NCBI GenBank assembly: GCA_030640665.1
Contig: DAOWIY010000020.1
Coordinates: 1-34,668, forward strand
Reading direction: 5' to 3'
DNA from: Clostridia bacterium
Lineage (GTDB): Bacteria > Aerophobota > Aerophobia > Aerophobales > AE-B3A
Length of the DNA stretch: 34,668 nt
Position numbers and translations under genes: made by a program. The number at the start of each line of letters is the position of its first letter. The stretch's first letter is position 1. Positions 7,750 through 16,010 of this stretch are shown in pieces. The notes beneath the pieces were generated by a model, which was not told the DNA's origin, searched no databases, and saw only the letters and a list, made by a program, of their open reading frames with translations.

Positions 7750-9051
7750 CTAGATACTCAGTTTTTTTATGGGTTTTCCTGCTATTAGTAAGTTAAAGAT
7801 AACCCGAGTTACCACTACGGCCGTAAATAAACTGGCCAGGATTCCAATGGATAAAGTGATAGCAAATCCTTTTATCGGGCCGCTGCCAAATTGAAGAAGA
7901 ATAAGAGCAACAATCAAGGTGGTGATGTTTGCATCGAGGATGGTTCTCAGAGCCTTATTATAGCCGGCATCTACTGCTGAGCGAGGAGCTCTTCCTTCCT
8001 TTAGCTCCTCTCTTATTCTCTCGAAAATGATAACATTAGCATCAATACTCATCCCGATGATAAGAATGATTCCAGCAATACCGGGAAGGGTTAGAGTTGC
8101 TTTTAAGGCGGCCAGGGCTCCTAATATAAAGAGTAAATTTAATAGAAGCGCCGCATCAGCAATTAAGCCCGCTTTCTTATAATAAAAAATCATAAAAAGG
8201 ACAACAGCGAAGAAACCAATGAATCCCGCTAGAAGACCCTTCTGGATAGAATCTTTCCCCAGGGAGGGACCTACAATAGTGTTCTGAATAATATCAAATG
8301 GAATGGGCAAAGCACCGCTTCTGAGAACAATCTTTAGTTCGTTAGCCTCCTCCATGGTAAAGTTTCCTGTAATCTGCGCCTTACCACCAGAAATACGAGT
8401 CTTTATCACAGGAGCAGATTGAATTACGTTATCTAATATTATAGCCAGTCTTTCTCCTACATGTTGGCCCGTAATCTCAGCAAATTTCTCTGCTGCCTCA
8501 GGCTTAAAATCTAAACCTATGTAAGGCTCTCCCCATTGTCCAATTTCTACCCGGGCGTCTTTAATATCATTACCCGACAAAAGAGCCTTCTTTTTTACCA
8601 GGTATGGCTTTTTCTTTGAGTTTTCATATTTATAAAGTATCTCGTCTTCGGGGGGGATATTTCCTTGAAGAGCCTTATCTATGTCTCCTTTTTCGTCTAC
8701 CAGTTTGAATTCCAGAAGGGCAATTTTTCCAATGAGTTCCACTGCCCTTTGTGGATCTTCTATTCCTGGTAAATCTACGACTATTCTTTTATCCCCTTGG
8801 CGAGCGATGCTGGGCTCCCTTACTCCAAACTGGTCAATTCTATTTCTGATAATCTCCAGTCCTAAATCTACCGCATCTCTAGGACTTTCTCCCTCAGGAA
8901 GTTTGCTAGTATCTGCTTCCAATATAACATGCATACCTCCCTTTAAATCTAAGCCCAGGTTTATCTTTTCTTCAAGAGGATAGATAGCCCAGATGGCTAA
9001 AGTTGCCACTCCTATTATAAATAATATTAACCATTTACTGTATTGATACAT
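7750..9051 (-). CDS. secD: Protein translocase subunit SecD
   Basis: LGLDLKGG, RNRIDQFGV, VGPSLG, DANVIIFERIREE, ILDANITT. Confidence 0.97.
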   Translation of the reverse strand: MYQYSKWLILFIIGVATLAIWAIYPLEEKINLGLDLKGGMHVILEADTSKLPEGESPRDAVDLGLEIIRNRIDQFGVREPSIARQGDKRIVVDLPGIEDPQRAVELIGKIALLEFKLVDEKGDIDKALQGNIPPEDEILYKYENSKKKPYLVKKKALLSGNDIKDARVEIGQWGEPYIGLDFKPEAAEKFAEITGQHVGERLAIILDNVIQSAPVIKTRISGGKAQITGNFTMEEANELKIVLRSGALPIPFDIIQNTIVGPSLGKDSIQKGLLAGFIGFFAVVLFMIFYYKKAGLIADAALLLNLLFILGALAALKATLTLPGIAGIILIIGMSIDANVIIFERIREELKEGRAPRSAVDAGYNKALRTILDANITTLIVALILLQFGSGPIKGFAITLSIGILASLFTAVVVTRVIFNLLIAGKPIKKLSI

Positions 9052-9065
9052 CTAGCACTCCCTAA

Positions 9066-9267
9066 AATTCGTTGCTCGTTGCTCGCCTCTCGTCGATTAA
9101 TCTTTTTGATTAAGTTTGTGAACATATGAGATTCGTGATCAATTTTTTCCAAATATACTCTTTTTTCTTTTCATTATTTATAACTCGTATTTTGTTATTC
9201 GTACCTTGTCAATCATTTATTTTTTTCTTCTTTTCGAGATACGAACGACGAGCAACGAGATACGAAT
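9066..9267. repeat. Inverted pair of heptamer arrays (9066-9095, 9235-9267) enclosing a putative four-helix-bundle 3' remnant
   Basis: aattcgttgctcgttgctcg... and ...cgagatacgaacgacgagcaacgagatacgaatt; minus strand between them reads LEKIDHESHMFTNLIKKIN. Confidence 0.8.
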
Positions 9268-9346
9268 TGGTCGGGGCGACCGGATTCGAACCGGTGACCT
9301 CTTGCGCCCCATGCAAGTGCGCTAAACCAGGCTGCGCTACGCCCCG
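9268..9346 (-). tRNA. tRNA-Pro(GGG)
   Basis: CGGGGCG acceptor, CTTGC-ATGGGGC-GCAAG anticodon arm, GTTCGAATC T loop, encoded CCA. Confidence 0.97.
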
Positions 9347-9460
9347 AAGTATTTTTTAGGTCTATTTATACGCTTACCGAAAGACATTCCTCGAAGAAGC
9401 TGAGTAGAAATAATCCAAAGCGGATATACAGCGACAGAGAGGAATTGTCCTGAGGTACTC

Positions 9461-9799
9461 TTATTCTAATATCTGAAGTGTCTCTTGCAGTTCTTTTTTT
9501 ATAATAAGAGGGTCAAGCCAATCTTTTCTTTGTCTGTCTCTTAGTTCTTTTCGAGCCCCATTAATGGTGAATTTCTTTTCATATAATAGATTTTTTATCC
9601 AGAGAACCAATTCAACATCTTTTTTTTGGTAACGTCGATGTCCACCGCGACTTTTTTGAGGACGAAGCTCCTTGAATTGAGTTTCCCAAAAACGAAGGAT
9701 ATAAGGAGGAAGATGAGTAATCTTACTTACTTCTCCTATACAAAAATATTTATCTGGGATAATATCTCTCTGCTCCTTATTTTCACTATTTTGAAGCAT
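9461..9799 (-). CDS. MerR-family HTH transcriptional regulator
   Basis: YFCIGEVS...ILRFWETQF...GGHRRY; familiar IHF/HU-merR-tRNA-Pro(GGG) synteny. Confidence 0.93.
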   Translation of the reverse strand: MLQNSENKEQRDIIPDKYFCIGEVSKITHLPPYILRFWETQFKELRPQKSRGGHRRYQKKDVELVLWIKNLLYEKKFTINGARKELRDRQRKDWLDPLIIKKELQETLQILE

Positions 9800-9830
9800 A
9801 GGAATACATTATCATATCGATGTATTTTTT

Positions 9831-10009
9831 GAGACCAGGCCTAACATTTCGTTGTTCGTTGCTTGTATCTCGTATCTCGTAAAAAGACTTTAAGGCAAAC
9901 AACAAAATACAGAAGGGCGCTGCAAGAAGTTCGACACTCAAAATTCAAAAAACTTGATTGACGAGATGCGAACAACGAGATACGAGTGACGATGTTTAGG
10001 CCTGGTCTC
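9831..10009. repeat. Composite inverted repeat: 14-bp perfect IR flanking two inverted heptamer arrays
   Basis: gagaccaggcctaa (9831-9844) / ttaggcctggtctc (9996-10009); arrays at ~9848-9890 and 9961-9992. Confidence 0.88.
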
Positions 10010-10040
10010 TCTTTTAAAATTTCTCCTTAGAATAATTCCT

Positions 10041-10313
10041 TTAGGCTACCGCTTCTTTTAAATTCTTACCTGGTTCAAATTTAGGAACATCTTTAGCCGG
10101 AATCTGGATCTCCTTACCCGTTTGAGGATTTCTTCCTCGACGTGCTTTTCTCTTCCTCACTTTAAAACTTCCAAAGCCAACTAAGGTGATTTTCTCTCCT
10201 CTAGCCAGAGAGTCAGTGATGGTTGAGGTTATCGCATCTATTGCCTCTCTACATACCCTCTTTGTTAAACCCACCTGACCGGCTACTTCTCCTACCAACT
10301 CAGCTTTGTTCAT
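10041..10313 (-). CDS. hup: Histone-like DNA-binding protein HU
   Basis: MNKAELV, GFGSF, GRNPQTG, PKFEPGK. Confidence 0.95.
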   Translation of the reverse strand: MNKAELVGEVAGQVGLTKRVCREAIDAITSTITDSLARGEKITLVGFGSFKVRKRKARRGRNPQTGKEIQIPAKDVPKFEPGKNLKEAVA

Positions 10314-10333
10314 TCTCTCCTCCTTTATTTATT

Positions 10334-10455
10334 TAGCGTAGAGCGCATAGCGTTTAGTGGATAGTATCGCTTCGCTCCATTTCCTCTCCCACAAAAAATA
10401 GGGTGAGGGTTATTTTTGTCTTTCCTAAACGCTATACGCTACCCGCTATTCGCTA
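10334..10455. repeat. Inverted pair of TAG-phase heptamer arrays enclosing a degenerate REP-like copy (10381-10409)
   Basis: TAGCGTA GAGCGCA TAGCGTT TAGTGGA ... CTAAACG CTATACG CTACCCG CTATTCG CTA. Confidence 0.82.
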
Positions 10456-11076
10456 TATTTTCACTTTCTCTCCAATTTTTCTCTCTTTCCCTCTCAGAAG
10501 TCGTTCTATGTTGCTTCGATGTCTAAATAAAATAAGAGAAGCTCCCATTATACTTAGAGTAAGGCAAAATTGAGCTTTACTTGGCATCCAGAACCAAATG
10601 AAAAAAGGTAGACTCCCTGCCGCCATCATTGAGCCGAGGGAGACATAGCGGGTAAAAACTATCACTCCCACCATCATTAGAGCGGAGAATAGAAAAGGGA
10701 AAGGAGTAAGGATTAAAAATACACCAGCTGTTACAGCTACTCCTTTTCCTCCTCTGAATTTTAAAAATATAGGCCAATTATGTCCTAGGATAGATAAGAG
10801 TCCAGATATTCCACCGGTTACTTGAGGAGCAAATCCAAGGAGTGGTGCAAGAAGGATTCCTAAGTAGACGGAAACTACTCCTTTTGCTATATCTATAGTT
10901 AGTACTAAGAGACCAGGGAAAAGTCCTAAAACACGCAAAGCATTGGCAAATCCTACATTACCGCTGCCAAAATCTCTTATATCTATTTTTTTAAGAAGTT
11001 TCCCTATCAGGTAGCCCGAAGGAATAGAGCCCAAAAAGTAACCTATAATTAAAATCAACGAAAAAATAATAATCAT
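10453..11076 (-). CDS. plsY: Glycerol-3-phosphate acyltransferase PlsY
   Basis: YFLGSIP, DIRDFGSGNVG, GHNWPIF, FRGGKGVA, RHRSNI. Confidence 0.96.
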   Translation of the reverse strand: MIIIFSLILIIGYFLGSIPSGYLIGKLLKKIDIRDFGSGNVGFANALRVLGLFPGLLVLTIDIAKGVVSVYLGILLAPLLGFAPQVTGGISGLLSILGHNWPIFLKFRGGKGVAVTAGVFLILTPFPFLFSALMMVGVIVFTRYVSLGSMMAAGSLPFFIWFWMPSKAQFCLTLSIMGASLILFRHRSNIERLLRGKERKIGEKVKI

Positions 11077-11080
11077 TCTT

Positions 11081-12601
11081 TCAAAAACCTTTTTTTAGCT
11101 TTTTTTTCATTTTCTCCTCGATGAAATCTCCTATTACGATTCCATCTTCCTCAAAAGAAGGAAGGCTGTTGATTTTCTCCTCTTTCCCTTTTTTCTTTGT
11201 TTCTTTTTTTGTTTTTATCAACCGGCGTACACTAAGTCTAATTCGTCGTTTTTTCTCATCGATTTCTACAATTTCTGCCTTTACATCTTTTCCTATAGAA
11301 GTGACCTTTTCTGGATGGGGGACATATTCCTTATCTAATTCCGAAACATGGATAAGTCCATCTATTCCTGAAGCCAAATTGACAAAAACGCCGAAGTTAG
11401 TTATCTGCTGGACCTTACCAGAAACTATATCTCCTACTTTATATTTTTGCAAGAGCTTTTTCCAGGGATCGGATTTGGTTTGTTTTAAACCTAAGGAAAT
11501 CTTTTTTTTCTCTACATCAATATCTAATATCTTCACCTCTACTTTTTCTTCTTCTTGCAGGACCTCTTTTGGGTGTCCTGTACGTCTGTTCCAGGAAAGG
11601 TCGGAGATATGAATTAAACCTTCCAATCCTTCTTCGAGCCTCACAAAAGCTCCAAAATTTGTGAGATGGGTAACCTTTCCTTCGACGAGTGAGCCTATCT
11701 CATATTTCTTTTTGACTTCTGTCCAGGGATCGGATTTGGTTTGTTTTAGACCTAAGGAAATCTTTCCTCTCTCTTTATCCAGTTTTAATACCTTTACTTT
11801 TATTTCGTCTCCTCTTGAAAGTAGATCCTGCGGGTCCTTCACCCATTCCCAGGAAAGATTCTCTGGGTAAATTAATCCATCAATTCCTCCCAAATTCACA
11901 AAGATGCCAAATTTAGTTATAGAACTTACTCTTCCGGCAACGATTTTTCCCTCTTCTAAACTGGCCAAGGTCTTTTCTTTCCTCTTCTCTTTTTCCTTTA
12001 GAAGGAAGAGCTTTCTGGAAAGAACTATATTTTTCAAGTTTTTTTCTAATTTAATAACTCTGACACTGATATCTCTTCCAATGAATTCTTTGAGGTTATC
12101 CCCTTTATTTAAACTTATATGAGAGGCAGGAATAAAAGCATTTAGTGAATTTAGACTGGCGAGAAGCCCTCCTTTTACTATTTTCTTCACTTTTACCACT
12201 ATAGATTCGTTCTGTTTAAACGCCTCCTCAAATTTTGCCCAACTTAGGCGAAAATCTGCCTCTCTCTCAGATAACAAGAGCTGTCCTTTTTCACTTTTCT
12301 CTGAGATATAAACTTGCATACTTTCCCCTGACTGAAGGGGTTGTTCTCTTTTTGCTGTAAGTTCTTCCCAGGGCATAAAGCCTTCCGATTTTGCACCTAC
12401 ATCCATGAGAATTCCTTCTTTATTGGTTTGTACAACTTTAGCTTCTGTTATATCTCCTTTTTTCGGGAAGTAGAAGTTTCCATATTCCTGGACTATTTTA
12501 CCAAAATCATCTATTTTCTTTTCTCTCTTTTCTCCTATCTTTTCCCTCATTATTTTATCAGTGGCTTTATCTAGGAATCTTTCCTCTTTTGACTTAGACA
12601 C
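11081..12601 (-). CDS. rpsA: 30S ribosomal protein S1 (about five S1 domains)
   Basis: Repeated FG(A/V/I)FV..GLIH.S.L...ISLGLKQ S1 domains; GTG start. Confidence 0.93.
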   Translation of the reverse strand: MSKSKEERFLDKATDKIMREKIGEKREKKIDDFGKIVQEYGNFYFPKKGDITEAKVVQTNKEGILMDVGAKSEGFMPWEELTAKREQPLQSGESMQVYISEKSEKGQLLLSEREADFRLSWAKFEEAFKQNESIVVKVKKIVKGGLLASLNSLNAFIPASHISLNKGDNLKEFIGRDISVRVIKLEKNLKNIVLSRKLFLLKEKEKRKEKTLASLEEGKIVAGRVSSITKFGIFVNLGGIDGLIYPENLSWEWVKDPQDLLSRGDEIKVKVLKLDKERGKISLGLKQTKSDPWTEVKKKYEIGSLVEGKVTHLTNFGAFVRLEEGLEGLIHISDLSWNRRTGHPKEVLQEEEKVEVKILDIDVEKKKISLGLKQTKSDPWKKLLQKYKVGDIVSGKVQQITNFGVFVNLASGIDGLIHVSELDKEYVPHPEKVTSIGKDVKAEIVEIDEKKRRIRLSVRRLIKTKKETKKKGKEEKINSLPSFEEDGIVIGDFIEEKMKKKLKKGF

Positions 12602-12602
12602 T

Positions 12603-13451
12603 TTAAGTTCCCTTACCTCCTTGATTTAGTAATTTATTTTTTATCTTCTCTATCACCTCTTCAGGGGTAGAGGTTCCTCCGGTGATACCAACTCTTTTTA
12701 TTCCCTTCCACTCTTTCATACTCAGATCTTCCTCTTTTTCAACAAAACAGGTTTTTACTTCTAAGGATTGACACAATTTAACTAATTGATGAGTATTAGA
12801 GCTGTTATATCCACCCACTACTATTACTGCTTCAACTTCTCTGGCTAACTTCCTTATCTCTTCCTGACGCTCTCTTATTATTCTGCATATAGTATTAAAA
12901 ACTCTACACTCGCTTGTTTTTTCTATTAATCTCTTCACAATACGGCTAAAGTTCTCAATATTCTCTGTAGTTTGAGCTACTATCCCTGCTTTTTTTAAAA
13001 AGGGGAGTTTTTCTGTCTCTTGGGAGTTTTTAACTACGTAAACTCTCCCCTTTTTTACGTTAGCTATTACTCCCCTTACCTCAGGATGGGTATCCGTGCC
13101 TACGATGATCACCCGGTAAGATTCTTGAGAAAGAGATCTTACTATTTTTTGCACCTTTAGTACATAAGGGCAGGTAGCATCCAATACTCTTAATTTTCTT
13201 TTTCTTGCCTCTCTTATTACAGAAGGATCTTCTCCATGGGACCTAATAATTAATGTTCCTTCTTTAATTTGAGATAGGTTCCCTATGGACTTAATGCCTC
13301 TTCTTCGCAAGTTTTCTGCTACTTGAGGATTGTGAATTAGATCTCCCAGAATATAAACTTTCCTATTCCTTTTGATCTCGTCCAGGGTTAATTTTAAAGC
13401 TCTTTTTACTCCAAAGCAAAGGCCAATTTTCTCAGGGAGAAATATTTGCAT
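12603..13451 (-). CDS. ispH: 4-hydroxy-3-methylbut-2-enyl diphosphate reductase
   Basis: GLCFGVKRA, IHNP, DATCP, HPEV, NTIC, SSN, GTSTP. Confidence 0.96.
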   Translation of the reverse strand: MQIFLPEKIGLCFGVKRALKLTLDEIKRNRKVYILGDLIHNPQVAENLRRRGIKSIGNLSQIKEGTLIIRSHGEDPSVIREARKRKLRVLDATCPYVLKVQKIVRSLSQESYRVIIVGTDTHPEVRGVIANVKKGRVYVVKNSQETEKLPFLKKAGIVAQTTENIENFSRIVKRLIEKTSECRVFNTICRIIRERQEEIRKLAREVEAVIVVGGYNSSNTHQLVKLCQSLEVKTCFVEKEEDLSMKEWKGIKRVGITGGTSTPEEVIEKIKNKLLNQGGKGT

Positions 13452-13502
13452 TGTATAGTTAGTTAGTTATTTTCTTATCTTCACCTAACGATATTAACGA
13501 CA

Positions 13503-14123
13503 TTAACATTTCAAAAGCATCCTCATACTGTTTTCCAATTTCTTATGGAGTCTCTCTATGGAGGTTTTAACATCTTCTTTTTTAGATTTCTTACCTCTTA
13601 AGGGTTCTCCTATCCGCGCCTCTATCTTAGCTAATCTTATCATCTTTTTTCCTCTAGGCAAGACCTTTTCTGTTCCTCGAATAATGACAGGCACTAAGGG
13701 CACGTTTGCTCTAAGAGCTATTCTCGCTGTTCCTTGCTGCAGGCGTCCAAGTTTTCCTTCCCAGCTTCTTGTTCCTTCTGGAAAAAGAACGAGGAGTTCT
13801 CCTTTTTTTAAAAGATCCAAAACCTTTTGGTAGACTGTTTTATCTACTCTTTCTCTTTTAACGGGAAAAGCTCCTAGTTTGGTTATTAAAAGACGAAAAA
13901 GAAAATTTTCAAAGAGCTCTTCTTTAGCCATAAAATTAATCTTGCGGGGAGCGAGAAGACCTAAGACAATAGGGTCAAAATAACTTAGGTGATTAGAAGC
14001 AAGAATTGCTCCCCCTTTTAAAGGAACATTCTCTTTTCCCCGGATCTTTACGGCAAAGAAAACTTTAAAGATTATTATAGCCGGTCCCCGCAACAGACTA
14101 TACCAAAGGGGAGTTTCTTTCAT
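13503..14123 (-). CDS. plsC: 1-acyl-sn-glycerol-3-phosphate acyltransferase
   Basis: NHLSYFD and FPEGTRS motifs. Confidence 0.93.
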   Translation of the reverse strand: MKETPLWYSLLRGPAIIIFKVFFAVKIRGKENVPLKGGAILASNHLSYFDPIVLGLLAPRKINFMAKEELFENFLFRLLITKLGAFPVKRERVDKTVYQKVLDLLKKGELLVLFPEGTRSWEGKLGRLQQGTARIALRANVPLVPVIIRGTEKVLPRGKKMIRLAKIEARIGEPLRGKKSKKEDVKTSIERLHKKLENSMRMLLKC

Positions 14124-14839
14124 TTAATGGTTTTTTTAACTTGTTTTAATATCTTGTCCACTGTTTGAGAGATACTTAAATGGGTGTTATCTATAACTAT
14201 TGCTTTCTCGGAGATTTTCAAAGGAGAGGTTTTTCTTTGGCTATCTATTCTGTCCCGCTCGAGAAGTCCAGTAGCTACTTTTTCTTTATTTGAAGAAATA
14301 CCTTTGGTTTTTTCCTCTTTCCAGCGTCTCTCAACTCTCTCCTCAAAAGAGGCATTAAGGAAAATTTTGATATCGGCTTTTGGAAAGACTACTGTTGTGG
14401 TATCTCTACCTTCAGCTACTATACCTTCGTGTTTACCGAGCTTTTTTTGTTGAGCAACCATTGCCTCCCGAACCCCTTTTACAATTGAAACTAAAGAAAC
14501 ATATTTATTTATCTCTGGGCAGCGAATTAAAGAGGTTACATCTTTGTTATCCAGGTAAACCTTAGTTTCCACATTGGATCCGGGCTTTAAACAAATTTGT
14601 ATCTTTTTAGCTAGCTGAGAAAGAGCTTTTTCATCCTTAATATTTACTTTATCTTTTAAAGCCTTCCATGTCAAGGCTCTATACATTGCTCCTGTATCCA
14701 GGTATGAATAACTCAGTCTCTTAGCTAAAAGATGGGCCGTGGTGCTTTTTCCCGAGCCTGCTGGTCCATCAATAGCTATAATTAAGTTTTTTTTAGGTTG
14801 AAGAGAGAACTTTATCCAGGGCTTTGATGAACTGTTCAT
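14120..14839 (-). CDS. cmk: Cytidylate kinase (start uncertain, overlaps hisC end)
   Basis: IAIDGPAGSGKST, YLDTGAMYRA, EGRD, RDRIDSQR. Confidence 0.95.
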   Translation of the reverse strand: MNSSSKPWIKFSLQPKKNLIIAIDGPAGSGKSTTAHLLAKRLSYSYLDTGAMYRALTWKALKDKVNIKDEKALSQLAKKIQICLKPGSNVETKVYLDNKDVTSLIRCPEINKYVSLVSIVKGVREAMVAQQKKLGKHEGIVAEGRDTTTVVFPKADIKIFLNASFEERVERRWKEEKTKGISSNKEKVATGLLERDRIDSQRKTSPLKISEKAIVIDNTHLSISQTVDKILKQVKKTIK

Positions 14840-15905
14840 TTTGCTTTTTTGTTCCAATGGTCACCCTTATGCAATCACTGAGATTGTATGCTCCCATTCT
14901 CCTTACAATTATTCCTTCTTTGAGTAATCTTTTTTCGACATCTGAGGTCTTTTCTCCTATCTTGATTAGGATAAAATTGGCCTCTGTGGGAATGAAGGAG
15001 AGTTTAAGCCTCTTAAGATGAGAATAAAGAAACTTTTTTCCTTCTTTGACTAGCTTTCTACTTCGGGTAATCTGATTCTTATCTTTTAGGCTGGCTAAGG
15101 CAGCTACCTGGGCCAGAGAATTTACGTTAAAAGGAGGGCGGGCCCGGTTAAGTATTTCCATGATTTCTGATTTAGCAATTCCGTATCCTATCCTTAGACC
15201 GGCCAGGCCATAGATTTTAGAAAAAGTGCGCAAGACGATAACATTATTTTCCCCATCTATAAGATCTATAGTTTGAGGATAATCTTTATCTTCTACATAT
15301 TCAGAGTAAGCCTCATCAAAGATTACTAAAATTCGGGAAGGAATCTCTTTCAAGAAACTCTTTACTTCGTCCTTTTTTACAATGGTACCGGTGGGATTAT
15401 TAGGATTGCTAATGAAGATTAATTTCGTTTTAGGACTTATAGCTTTAGCCATAGCTGATAGGTCCAGCCTGAAATCATTTAAGGGAATAGAAATAACCCT
15501 TGCCTGACTGAGCTGGGTATCTATTCCGTACATTAAAAAAGAAGGGTCTCCCATTATCGTCTCTTCACCTTTTTGAAGAAATACCCGCGTAATTAAAGAA
15601 ACGATTTCATCAGAGCCGTTTCCCAGGATAATTCTACTATCTTCCAACCCCAGTTTTTCTGCCAGAGCTTTCTTTAAGTAATATCCACTCCCATTCGGAT
15701 AAAAGTTAATCATTGAGGTATAATTCTTGATAGCCTTAACTGCTTTAGGAGATGGGCCGAGAAGATTCTCGTTAGAAGCAAGTTTGATTACTTTTTTTAG
15801 TCCTAACTCTCTTTTTACCTCTTCCATGGGTTTACCTGGCTGGTAAGTTTTAATCTTCAAAATATCAGGTATTGCTAGCAGTTGAAGTTTATTCTGTTCG
15901 GACAT
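14793..15905 (-). CDS. hisC: Histidinol-phosphate aminotransferase
   Basis: KLASNEN, GNGSDE, NPNNPTG, DEAY, RTFSKIYGLAGLRIGY; real start ATG 15905 (the upstream extension is repeat DNA). Confidence 0.94.
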   Translation of the reverse strand: MSEQNKLQLLAIPDILKIKTYQPGKPMEEVKRELGLKKVIKLASNENLLGPSPKAVKAIKNYTSMINFYPNGSGYYLKKALAEKLGLEDSRIILGNGSDEIVSLITRVFLQKGEETIMGDPSFLMYGIDTQLSQARVISIPLNDFRLDLSAMAKAISPKTKLIFISNPNNPTGTIVKKDEVKSFLKEIPSRILVIFDEAYSEYVEDKDYPQTIDLIDGENNVIVLRTFSKIYGLAGLRIGYGIAKSEIMEILNRARPPFNVNSLAQVAALASLKDKNQITRSRKLVKEGKKFLYSHLKRLKLSFIPTEANFILIKIGEKTSDVEKRLLKEGIIVRRMGAYNLSDCIRVTIGTKKQNEQFIKALDKVLSST

Positions 15906-15930
15906 TAGATTTCTTCCCTTTTTGGACGCA

Positions 15931-16010
15931 GATATCTCGTATATCGTATTTAGTACTTCGTTTCTCTTTTTTCTTTTCGAGTTACGAGCGACGAGCAACA
16001 AGCGACGATT
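15931..16010. repeat. Inverted pair of heptamer arrays, one overlapping the ilvD 3' end
   Basis: tctcgtatatcgtatttagtacttcg (~15935-15960) and cgagttacgagcgacgagcaacaagcgacga (15978-16008). Confidence 0.78.

Noticed and set aside
9126-9359. 77-aa + strand ORF
   Set aside because: Antisense to tRNA-Pro and crosses a heptamer array
9831-10009. 6S RNA candidate because of its ~180-nt hairpin
   Set aside because: Stems are built from the dispersed heptamer family, and there is no clear central bubble with an apical stem; an Rfam scan is needed to exclude it fully
15906-16001. hisC N-terminal extension
   Set aside because: Translated repeat DNA overlapping ilvD; ATG 15905 fits the family length
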